NCBI GenBank assembly: GCA_046754465.1
Contig: JBHHVU010000004.1
Span: forward strand, 1-64,000
From: Nitrospinaceae bacterium
GTDB taxonomy: Bacteria; Nitrospinota; Nitrospinia; Nitrospinales; VA-1
Direction of reading: 5' to 3'
DNA length: 64,000 nt
Shown here: piece after piece, positions 1-8,571 of the stretch
Layout: the number at the start of each line of letters is the position of its first letter
How positions within the stretch are numbered: position 1 is the stretch's first letter
Translations under genes and position numbers: made by a program
Notes under the pieces: generated by a model
What the model saw: the letters and a program-made list of their open reading frames with translations, nothing else
Databases searched by the model: none
Told to the model about the DNA's origin: nothing

Positions 1-1
1 C

Positions 2-424
2 ATCGGCGATCCGCCGCACTCCGGGACCCTTTCCATACCAGGCGCCGATGACCCCATCGGCCTTGGGGGGGCCGAACAGGCGATGCAATTGACTTCCCCA
101 GATCATGTTGGCGGCGGCTTCCTCATTGCCCCCCGGCACATGAACGATCTTCCATTTTTTTAACAGGGGATAAATTTTCCTCAGATTGATGTCCAATCCG
201 CCAAGGGGACTGCCCTCGTACCCGGACAGAAAATAGGCGAATTCCTTTTTCGGATAGATTTTTTTGAGAAGCCGGAGATTGTCAAACGGAAGCCTCACAA
301 GGGCCTGGATGCCCGTTAAATGTATGCTGCCTTTCGTGCTCAGGTATCTTTCGGTATCGAGAAAGGTTTTTCCCTTTTGGAAGGTCTTATCCGAGGGGAG
401 GACCGGATGCTTGAAAAAACTCAT
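2..424 (-). CDS. Indolepyruvate:ferredoxin oxidoreductase family protein (fused type), N-terminal part; runs off the window edge
   Basis: Not in the ORF track. Manual translation from ATG at 424 gives MSFFKHP...LTGIQALVRLP...SGYEGSPLGGLD...GNEEAAANMIWGSQ...DGVIGAWYGKGPGVRRIAD, matching the fused IOR-family motifs. No stop codon before the window edge. Confidence 0.88.
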   Translation of the reverse strand, partial: MSFFKHPVLPSDKTFQKGKTFLDTERYLSTKGSIHLTGIQALVRLPFDNLRLLKKIYPKKEFAYFLSGYEGSPLGGLDINLRKIYPLLKKWKIVHVPGGNEEAAANMIWGSQLHRLFGPPKADGVIGAWYGKGPGVRRIAD

Positions 425-1050
425 TTTTTCCCCCTTGTATCGGGTTGCGGGTTCCCACCATCCACAATGGAATGGTTGTTCCAACCTCTTGCCTGAGTCA
501 GCGGGGACGGGAAATGGTTCCGGATGCGGTAGAATTTAGTCAACGCCGTGGGAACTTGACTGTTTTTTTAAAGGTCGGTTTTTCTCGATTAAAAATTCTG
601 GAAATTATTGTTGTTGAAGCTCTTGGATAGTGTCATCTTATATTTAGATGTTGTTGCGGCGCCGGTGGATTCCTGAAAAACGAGTCCCTTTGAAAGGTGA
701 GTTTCAATGCGCGGAAAGACAAGAATTTTAAATTCGTACACAAACAAACAATATAGGCCTCCCGCGGAATATATCAACCGTTCGGGAACCATCCGCGATT
801 ATCCGGGAAATTTATTTTGGAAAAGACGCGGGAAACTGGAAGGAAAAATTCTCCGGGCAAGCCAACCAGGCCGAAAGAGGTGCCTGAAAGGCATTGAAAA
901 ACCGGCTATTTGGTTTGCGCCCTGCGGAGCGTGGCGGCGTCGTTCTGGTGGGTCTCTTGATTCCGGGCGGAATTTCAAGGATTTTGGAATGCAACGGCTT
1001 CGCGGTGGCTAAATTTGTTTTCGGGTTTATATTAAAGATCGAGGTTGTCC

Positions 1051-2427
1051 ATGGATAAATTTGAAAGCCGGATAACGGATTATATCGCGGAACTGACTTA
1101 TGAAGATTTAACGGACGCGGCCATCCAGGCAACCAAGGAGCGCTATCTCGACAGTTTGGCGGTAGCGCTGGCCGCTTACTATTCCGTTCCGGGCGAAGCG
1201 ATGAGAAATTTCGCCATGGAATCTTCCTCCAGGAAAGGCGCCCTCCTCTTGGGAACGGGACATAAGGCGCCGGTCGATTATGCGGCGGTTTACCTGGGAA
1301 CCTTGATTCGCGCCCTGGACTGGAACGACACTTATCTCAATAAAGAACCGGCCCATCCCAGCGATAATATCGCCGCCTGCCTCCCCGTGGCCGAAGCCGA
1401 GGGAAGGACGGGAACCGAACTTATCCTGGCGACGGTCCTGGGTTATGAGTTGCATTGCAGGCTGTGTGATGCCGCGGCTCTCCGGAAAAAGGGCTGGGAC
1501 CACGTCACCTACGGTTCCGTTTCCAGCGCGGGGGCGGCCGCCCGGCTCATGGGTTTTTCCAGGGATCGAATCCGGGATACGCTGGGAATTTCAATCACTA
1601 CCGGAAATTATCTGAGGCAGACAAGGATCGGAACCCTCTCCAACTGGAAGGCGGCCGCGTTTGCCCAGGCCGCGCAGAACGCCATTCGCGCCGCCCTCTA
1701 TGTGAAACACGGCTTTACCGGGCCCAGCGATATTTTCGAAGGCCGGCATGGATTGATCCGCCAAATCACCCAGGGGGAATTCGATCTAGCCCCATGTTTT
1801 GGTGGACAGGGAAATGAGCCCTTCAAGATCGCCGGCACCTACATCAAATATTTTCCTGCCGAGTACCATTCCCAAAGCGCCATTTGGGCCGCGCTCAACC
1901 TTCGCGATGAGATGGGACCCGGCGCGATTCCGGCCATCGGAAAAATTCATGTCGAAACCAGTTTTCATTCTTATGAGATCATTGGCAAGGAGAGGGAGAA
2001 ATGGACGCCGAAAACCAAGGAGACCGCCGACCACAGCCTTCCCTATATTGTCGCCGCGACCCTCATGGATGGGGAGATCACTCTGGCGCAGTTTGATAAG
2101 AAACATCTTGAGGATCCCCATCTTCAGGCGCTGGTTCAGAAAGTTTCCGTGACGGAAAACAGGGAATACACCGGGATGTATGGGACCTCTTTTCCCAACA
2201 AGGTGACCGTCACCCTGAAAAACGGGAAGGTGTTTGAAAATGAGGTCATCGATCCCAAGGGCCACCCGAAGCAGCCGTTGACCCGGGAGGAACTGGAGGC
2301 GAAATTCCGGAACGCCGCCGAAAATCTGCTCCCCCCGCAACAGCAGGATCGATTGATAGACGCAGTGTGGAACCTGGAAACGATCCAGGATATCGGGGAT
2401 TTGATGCGAATGTTGGAGGTGCGATAA
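1051..2427 (+). CDS. prpD: MmgE/PrpD family 2-methylcitrate dehydratase
   Basis: Motifs DWNDTY...HPSDN, GWDHV, LSNWK, KYFPAEYHSQ, ETADHSLPY and PKGHP. GAGG RBS at 1041-1044 precedes ATG 1051. Followed by prpB/prpC. Confidence 0.92.
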   Translation: MDKFESRITDYIAELTYEDLTDAAIQATKERYLDSLAVALAAYYSVPGEAMRNFAMESSSRKGALLLGTGHKAPVDYAAVYLGTLIRALDWNDTYLNKEPAHPSDNIAACLPVAEAEGRTGTELILATVLGYELHCRLCDAAALRKKGWDHVTYGSVSSAGAAARLMGFSRDRIRDTLGISITTGNYLRQTRIGTLSNWKAAAFAQAAQNAIRAALYVKHGFTGPSDIFEGRHGLIRQITQGEFDLAPCFGGQGNEPFKIAGTYIKYFPAEYHSQSAIWAALNLRDEMGPGAIPAIGKIHVETSFHSYEIIGKEREKWTPKTKETADHSLPYIVAATLMDGEITLAQFDKKHLEDPHLQALVQKVSVTENREYTGMYGTSFPNKVTVTLKNGKVFENEVIDPKGHPKQPLTREELEAKFRNAAENLLPPQQQDRLIDAVWNLETIQDIGDLMRMLEVR

Positions 2428-2428
2428 A

Positions 2429-3286
2429 ATGCAGAGGAAAGACCTGGGGGATCTGTTGCGGCAAAGAAAACATTTGATCATGCCCGGGGCGTTCAATGCG
2501 TTCAGCGCGAAACAGATCGCCGAGGCGGGATACGACGGAGTGTACATTTCCGGCGCCGGACTCTCCAACAGCCTGGGCATTCCCGATGACGGCACGCTGA
2601 GCCTCGACGATTTTATCTATACCGGGACCTGGATCGCCAAGGCCGTTGACGTTCCCGTCATATGTGACGCGGATACCGGGTTCGAGGATATCGGGGAAAC
2701 GGTGCAAAGGTACATTGGCGCGGGGTTTTCCGGGTTGCACATTGAAGATCAGGTTTCCCCGAAACGCTGCGGCCATCTTCCCGGAAAGGAAGTGGTCGCG
2801 AAGGATGAAATGGCCGGCAGGATTGAGCAGGCCTGCAAGATCCGGAACCGCCATGGGCCCGGATTCTTCATCATCGCCAGGACCGATGCGCGCGGGGCTT
2901 CCAATATCGACGGGGACCATCAACTGGAGGAATCCATCCGCCGCGGCAATCTGTACCGGGAGGCGGGGGCGGATATGATTTTTCCGGAGTCCCTGAAAAC
3001 CCGGGAGGAGTTTAAACGATACAGGGAGGAAGTTCCGGGCTACCTGTTGGCCAATATGACCGAATTCGGTAATACCCCCTTCATCCAGGCGCGGGAGTTT
3101 TTTGACCTGGGCTACAACATCGTGATCTTTCCCGTTTCCCTGTTCCGGTACCAGGCGGGAAGGACCCGAAACTTTCTTTCCCAATTGAGGGAGGATGGCC
3201 ACCAGGAAAATCTGGCACGGGAAATGATGACCCGGGCGGAGATCAATTCTTTAATCAACTACAAACCGCGGGAAGCCGATGATTGA
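2429..3286 (+). CDS. prpB: Methylisocitrate lyase
   Basis: DADTGF, HIEDQ, catalytic KRCGH, ARTDA and LANMTEFG motifs; operon context. Confidence 0.92.
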   Translation: MQRKDLGDLLRQRKHLIMPGAFNAFSAKQIAEAGYDGVYISGAGLSNSLGIPDDGTLSLDDFIYTGTWIAKAVDVPVICDADTGFEDIGETVQRYIGAGFSGLHIEDQVSPKRCGHLPGKEVVAKDEMAGRIEQACKIRNRHGPGFFIIARTDARGASNIDGDHQLEESIRRGNLYREAGADMIFPESLKTREEFKRYREEVPGYLLANMTEFGNTPFIQAREFFDLGYNIVIFPVSLFRYQAGRTRNFLSQLREDGHQENLAREMMTRAEINSLINYKPREADD

Positions 3287-4460
3287 AACGGTGGATACAG
3301 GTCTGGATGGAGTGCCCGTGTGCACTTCCGATATTTCCCAGACGGCGCTGGGAGCAGAGGGGAATCCAATCCTCCTCTATAGGGGGTACAGTATTTATGA
3401 CCTTGTGAAGGGTCCGTTTGAAGAAAGCGTCTTCCTCCTTTTCGAAGGGGATCTCCCCGGCAGGAACCAACTCGCCTCGTTCACCGAAAAACTGAAAACT
3501 TGGAGAAAGCTCGATGAACCTGTCATCGAGCACATGGGTCGTTACCCGGAAAAAATTTCCATGATGGATTTCCTCCTGACCACCTTGTCTTACGCCAGGA
3601 TGTTCGATGAGGATTACCAAAACCCCCTGTGGCGGAATCGCAGATCGCACCCGGACCAACTGGCGGACCTCATCGTTCAGGCGGGGACGCGGCTGGGCGC
3701 GAAAATCCCCACGATCATCGCCCAGGGGCACCGCATCCGGACCGGGAAAAAAATCATCCCTCCCGATCCTTCCCTGGATCACGCGGCGAATCTTCTGCAC
3801 ATGCTGGGCATCGCCCCGGAGAAGGATGTGGTGGACGTTTTGAATGCCATCCTCATTCTTTACCTGGATCACACCATCAATTGTTCCACCTTCACCGCCC
3901 TCGTGGTGGAATCCGCCGGGACCGATCCCTATTCCCCCCTGATCGCGGCGGGGGCCGCCCTGAAAGGGGTGGTCCATGGCGGGGCCAATGAACTCGCTTC
4001 GGAAATGTTCGATGAAATCGGAGTTCCGGAAAACGCGGAAGCTTATATCTATGGCAGGTTGAAGCGGAGGGAGATCGTGTTCGGATTCGGCCACCGGTTG
4101 AAACATTATAAAAACAGGCTGGAATCGAGGGTGCAGATCGCCGAACGCCTCGGAAGAGACTTGGCGGAAAAGAAGGGAATGGGGCATTACTTCGAGATTT
4201 ACGATATCATCAGCCGAATCATGCTGAAGGAAAAGAACCGGACCCCCAACGCTGATTTGCCCATCAGTCTTCTGTTGAAAATCATTGGCATCCCCCGGGA
4301 ATGGAATACCCCGGTGTTCCAGGCCAGCCGTCATTTTGGGTGGGTGGCCAATAACGCGCGGCAAAGAAGAAACGAGGGACCCCTCTACCGGCCGACGCAG
4401 AAATATACCGGGCCGGGGGTGGAGGCGATGAAAACCTATATCCCCCTGGAAAACCGGTAA
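3279..4460 (+). CDS. prpC: 2-methylcitrate synthase / citrate synthase family
   Basis: YRGY, DHxxNxSTF, HGGAN, GFGHR and PNAD catalytic motifs. Overlaps the prpB stop. Confidence 0.85.
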   Translation: MIETVDTGLDGVPVCTSDISQTALGAEGNPILLYRGYSIYDLVKGPFEESVFLLFEGDLPGRNQLASFTEKLKTWRKLDEPVIEHMGRYPEKISMMDFLLTTLSYARMFDEDYQNPLWRNRRSHPDQLADLIVQAGTRLGAKIPTIIAQGHRIRTGKKIIPPDPSLDHAANLLHMLGIAPEKDVVDVLNAILILYLDHTINCSTFTALVVESAGTDPYSPLIAAGAALKGVVHGGANELASEMFDEIGVPENAEAYIYGRLKRREIVFGFGHRLKHYKNRLESRVQIAERLGRDLAEKKGMGHYFEIYDIISRIMLKEKNRTPNADLPISLLLKIIGIPREWNTPVFQASRHFGWVANNARQRRNEGPLYRPTQKYTGPGVEAMKTYIPLENR

Positions 4461-4526
4461 AATTCCCGCGATTCATCCGCAACCCCGCGACGCCCCCAGG
4501 GCGGCGCGCTCGATGGAAATTCATTC

Positions 4527-5831
4527 ATGACGACCCGGAATAAAATTCGCGGTTTTATCGGAGTCAAGAGTAACGACGGGCACGATGCCGCCATCCTGGT
4601 GGTGGCCGATGGTTTAAAAAAGGGTGGGGTGGAAGTCATCCTCGGAGGTTACGATATAACCATCCACAAATTTGTCGAAGCGATTGTCCAGGAGGGTGTG
4701 CATTTTGCCGGGATCAGTTCCTACAACGGAGGCCACATACCCTTTTTTATAGGGGTGAGAGACGCCCTGAAACAACGTGGCTGCCCGCACATCCACATCA
4801 TCGGCGGCGGCGGAGCAACGATCACTCCCGAGGATATCGAATTTCTCGAACGGGAGCCCGGCATCGACCGAATTTTTAAAAGCGGCGAGGGTCCTCAAAT
4901 CGTCCCTTATATCCGCGAGCATTACGATTTTTCGGTGGTTCCGGAACATCCGGAAGAAAGTATCGAGGATTTGCGCTGCGCCGATACCCTGGCCGTTTCC
5001 GGGTGGCTAAATTTGGCGGAAGAAAAAGCCCGCCTGGAATCGCTGATCGATGAAAAAAAGGTCTCGCTGGATCTCGCTTCCAGTTTGCGGAAGGGGAACG
5101 AGTTTCTGAACGAACCCGTGGACCCGGCCGGAACCACCGTCCGGGAAGTGCTCGGGAAAATAGAGTCCTGCGCCGCCGCCATGTCCCGCCTGGACCCGCT
5201 GGATAAAAATCGTCCAACGACGGTCTATGGAATTACCGGGCGGGGAGGGGCGGGAAAAAGCACGTTGACCGATGAACTCATTCTGCGGTTCTTCCACGAC
5301 CAGCGCAACCAAGGCAAAAGGGTGGCCCTTCTGGCGGTGGACCCCAGTTCTCATCGGTCCGGAGGGGCTCTTCTGGCGGACCGGGTCGCTTATATGTACG
5401 CCACCGATAAGAACTGGGTCGATACCGGCAGAATCTTCATCCGCAGCGTGGCTGCCCGCGGATTCGGCAACGGTATTGCCCGGGCGCTGCCGGACATGAT
5501 AAAAATCCTCACTGCCGCGGGATACGATATTTTCATCGAATCCTACGGGACGGGACAACCGGACACGGGAATCGCGAGGCTGGTCGATAAACCGGTCTAC
5601 GTCACCACTCCGGATATAGGCGGTGCCTCGCAAATAGGAAAAGAAGAAATGCTGAACGTGCCCGGGGTTTACGTCGTGTTGAACAAAAACGAACTGCGGG
5701 GCGCCAGACACGTGAGCGGTCTCCTGAGAGGCAAAATCAATGGGAACCGTTTATTTCTCACCACCGCCATCGAACATAAAAACCCGGGGGTGGATAAACT
5801 CTACCGGGCGCTGACGGAACATTACCGCTGA
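4527..5831 (+). CDS. Cobalamin-binding domain fused to MeaB/MeaI-type G-protein chaperone (N-terminal half of an IcmF-like mutase)
   Basis: DGHDAA (B12-ligand His), SSYNGGH and GGGG, then P-loop GRGGAGKST, AVDPSS, GGALLADR, ESYGTGQ and NKNE. Confidence 0.88.
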   Translation: MTTRNKIRGFIGVKSNDGHDAAILVVADGLKKGGVEVILGGYDITIHKFVEAIVQEGVHFAGISSYNGGHIPFFIGVRDALKQRGCPHIHIIGGGGATITPEDIEFLEREPGIDRIFKSGEGPQIVPYIREHYDFSVVPEHPEESIEDLRCADTLAVSGWLNLAEEKARLESLIDEKKVSLDLASSLRKGNEFLNEPVDPAGTTVREVLGKIESCAAAMSRLDPLDKNRPTTVYGITGRGGAGKSTLTDELILRFFHDQRNQGKRVALLAVDPSSHRSGGALLADRVAYMYATDKNWVDTGRIFIRSVAARGFGNGIARALPDMIKILTAAGYDIFIESYGTGQPDTGIARLVDKPVYVTTPDIGGASQIGKEEMLNVPGVYVVLNKNELRGARHVSGLLRGKINGNRLFLTTAIEHKNPGVDKLYRALTEHYR

Positions 5832-5832
5832 G

Positions 5833-7575
5833 ATGTCTTTAACGGATATTATTCAAGCCAATGACCAGTACAGCCGATGGGTCGAAGCATCGGTTGAAAA
5901 AGCCGCGCGGGAAGAGGCGTATCAAAAGAAATTGCGGGACGCTTGGAACCGGAAATTGCGGGGTATCGAATCCCATTCCCTCCCCACGGGCCTCTGCGTT
6001 CCCCTGGTCGCGGTCCCTTGCATGGATCACCCGACGCAGATTGCGCGTTACCTCGGCGAATGGGGATTTCCCGGCGAGTTCCCTTTCGGTCTGTCCATTT
6101 ATCCCCGGTCGTTTTTGATCGTTGACGGCAAGCGCGAGCATGAGGAACCGACCCGCATCTTCGCGGGCCTCGGGTCTCCGGAGATGACCAACCGCCGGTT
6201 CCGGTCCATCATGACGCGGCAGCAATCCAAACGATTGAGCACGGCCTTCGACACCAACACGCTTCTCGGCCGGGGGGCGGACCATCCAGATTATTTCATC
6301 GATATCGGCGAGGGCGGGGTCTCGGTGACGACCTATGAGGATGTGCTGACCCTTTATGACGGATTCCTGGAAGAGGACGCCAGCATATCCATGACCATCA
6401 ACGGCCCCTCGCTTTGGATGACGGCGGCGCGGCTGCAGGCTGCGGTACAGCGGGGACAGGACCTGAAAAAGGTTCGGGGAACGTCCCAGACCGACCCCTG
6501 CAAGGAAGACGATGCGCAAAACGAACTCCTGTTTCCGCTGGATAAATCCATCAAGATCGCCATGGACATGTTCGAATGGTGTTGCCGTCACGCGCCCCTG
6601 TATTATCCGATCAACGTCAGTGGATACCACATCGAGCAGAAAGGCGCCACGCCCATCCAGCAGGCGGCTTTCACCTTGGCCAACGGTTTCGTTTATCTCG
6701 AGGAAGCCCTGCGGCGCGGGATGAATGTCAACACCGCCGGCGGACGGCTCCCCTTCTTTTTCACCTCCGGATTGGATCTGGAATATATTTCCCTGTTGAG
6801 CGCCGTGAGAAGAATTTGGGCCGTGGCGCTCCGGGATGTCTATGGAGCGGACGAACCGGATGCGCAAAAATTAAAAGCCCATGTTCAAACTTCAGGAAGG
6901 AGTCTGTACGAAAGGGAAATCCTCAACAACATCACCCGGACGGCCTTGGAATTGTTCCACGCCTTGCTGAATTACCCGCAGGCCCTGCACAGCAACTCGT
7001 ATGATGAACCCATCACGACGCCCACGGAAGAAGCCGTTCGCATTGCTTCCGACGCACAGGCCATTTTGTTCGAGGAAATGGGCGGATTCAAGGATATGAT
7101 GACTCATTTGAGCGATAGTTCGGGAAGACGGGAAATTTACCACCGGGTCATTCGCGGAGTACTGGATTATTTCCGGCAGATCGATGAATGTGGCGGAACC
7201 CTCGAGGCCAAGGCGGACGGCTTCTTCAGGGATGAGATCACCCAATCCTCCGCCCTGTACGACGATCAGGTGCATTCGGGAAAGCGGCGCGTTATCGCCG
7301 TCAATCGTTATGTGGAGGGAAGGGAACAAACCCAAACGGTGCCCCGGGTGGAAATTCCCGATGAAGTCAAAAAGCAACGGGTCGAGGATGTGAGGCGCTT
7401 CAAACAACGGAGAGACCCGGAAAAGGTTCGTGACCAGATCCGCCGGTTGCAACAGGTGGCGGAAAAGGGGGAAAATGTTTTCGAAACCACCCTGGAAATC
7501 GTCAAGGACGTCACACTGGATGAATGGACCCGCGCCCTGCAGGAAGTGTATGGCCTGTATCGAAGAAAAATCTAG
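5833..7575 (+). CDS. Acyl-CoA mutase substrate-binding subunit, IcmF-type (isobutyryl-CoA mutase-like)
   Basis: PGEFPF, EPTRIFAG, RLSTAFD, SMTINGP, RGTSQTD..KED, SGYHI, QTSGRSL and LHSNSYDEPITTPTEE motifs. No B12-binding domain of its own. Confidence 0.88.
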   Translation: MSLTDIIQANDQYSRWVEASVEKAAREEAYQKKLRDAWNRKLRGIESHSLPTGLCVPLVAVPCMDHPTQIARYLGEWGFPGEFPFGLSIYPRSFLIVDGKREHEEPTRIFAGLGSPEMTNRRFRSIMTRQQSKRLSTAFDTNTLLGRGADHPDYFIDIGEGGVSVTTYEDVLTLYDGFLEEDASISMTINGPSLWMTAARLQAAVQRGQDLKKVRGTSQTDPCKEDDAQNELLFPLDKSIKIAMDMFEWCCRHAPLYYPINVSGYHIEQKGATPIQQAAFTLANGFVYLEEALRRGMNVNTAGGRLPFFFTSGLDLEYISLLSAVRRIWAVALRDVYGADEPDAQKLKAHVQTSGRSLYEREILNNITRTALELFHALLNYPQALHSNSYDEPITTPTEEAVRIASDAQAILFEEMGGFKDMMTHLSDSSGRREIYHRVIRGVLDYFRQIDECGGTLEAKADGFFRDEITQSSALYDDQVHSGKRRVIAVNRYVEGREQTQTVPRVEIPDEVKKQRVEDVRRFKQRRDPEKVRDQIRRLQQVAEKGENVFETTLEIVKDVTLDEWTRALQEVYGLYRRKI

Positions 7576-7701
7576 CCCGGATTGAGGTGAGGGTGGGTCT
7601 CCTTGTTTTACGGGCACGGTGTGCCCATCTTTCCCTAGGATTGTGGATATCTGAAAAAATGTGGATAATGTCCGGCGGGTTCATCTCGTAAGGACGACTT
7701 T

Positions 7702-8487
7702 TTGAAATGGGAGGTTTTCATTCGAATACTGAGTTGGAACGTTAACGGGTTCCGGGCCGCGTTGAAAAAAGGTTTGGCGGATTGGTGGAAGGCGGAGGCT
7801 CCCGATGTTTTGTGCGTGCAGGAAACCAAGGCGAGACCGGAGGATGTGGAATCCCAGTGGGCTCCGCCCGAGGGTTACCATGCCGTGTGGAATCCCGCGC
7901 AGCGTAAGGGCTACAGTGGGGTGGCCACATTCTCAAAAAAAAAGCCGCGATCCGTTACCTTGGGAATGGGCATCGAAAAGTTCGATGTGGAGGGACGCAT
8001 CATCCGGTCGGAATTCAAGGATTTCGACCTGCTGAATGTGTATTTTCCCAATGGGACGAATGGCACGGAACGCCTGCAATATAAAATAGAATTTTACGAG
8101 GCATTTCTTGAGCATTGTGAATCGCTGCGGGCCCACGGCAAGAAACTGGTCATCACGGGAGATGTGAACACCGCCCACAAGCCCATTGACTTGAAAAATC
8201 CAAAGGCCAACGAGAAAAACTCCGGATTTCTCCCGGAAGAACGGGCCTGGATCGATAAATTCATCGCCCACGGCTATGTGGACGTCTTTCGCCGGTTGCA
8301 CCCCGAACCGGATCAATACACGTGGTGGACTTACCGTTTTAACGCCAGAAAGAAAAACATCGGGTGGCGGATCGACTACTTTTTCGTCACCGGCGACCTG
8401 GCCGGCAAGGTGAAGGACGCGTTCATTCTGCCGGAGGTGATGGGGTCCGATCATTGTCCCATTGGGCTGGACATCCGGTCTTCCTGA
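7702..8487 (+). CDS. xth: Exodeoxyribonuclease III (AP endonuclease)
   Basis: SWNVNG, QETK, GYSGV, GDVNTAH, GWRIDYF and GSDHCP. Start is either TTG 7702 or ATT 7720 (see findings). Confidence 0.95.
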   Translation: MKWEVFIRILSWNVNGFRAALKKGLADWWKAEAPDVLCVQETKARPEDVESQWAPPEGYHAVWNPAQRKGYSGVATFSKKKPRSVTLGMGIEKFDVEGRIIRSEFKDFDLLNVYFPNGTNGTERLQYKIEFYEAFLEHCESLRAHGKKLVITGDVNTAHKPIDLKNPKANEKNSGFLPEERAWIDKFIAHGYVDVFRRLHPEPDQYTWWTYRFNARKKNIGWRIDYFFVTGDLAGKVKDAFILPEVMGSDHCPIGLDIRSS

Positions 8488-8571
8488 CAGAGCTTCCGGA
8501 CGGGGCCGCGGGGGAAATCCATTCCCTTCGACTTGATAACAACAAATGCTGTTTCCAGCAGAGAGGAAATA

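Noticed and set aside
878..900. AGGTGCC-tgaa-AGGCA hairpin resembling the start of a cobalamin riboswitch upstream of the B12-mutase operon
   Set aside because: The following GGGAA, CGGTG/T-loop and GCCACTG B12-box elements are absent.
5829..5835. Selenocysteine readthrough or programmed frameshift fusing the two IcmF halves
   Set aside because: ORF2 is in the +1 frame, in-frame readthrough stops after 10 codons, and I see no slippery site or SECIS-like hairpin. TGA-G-ATG fits translational coupling.
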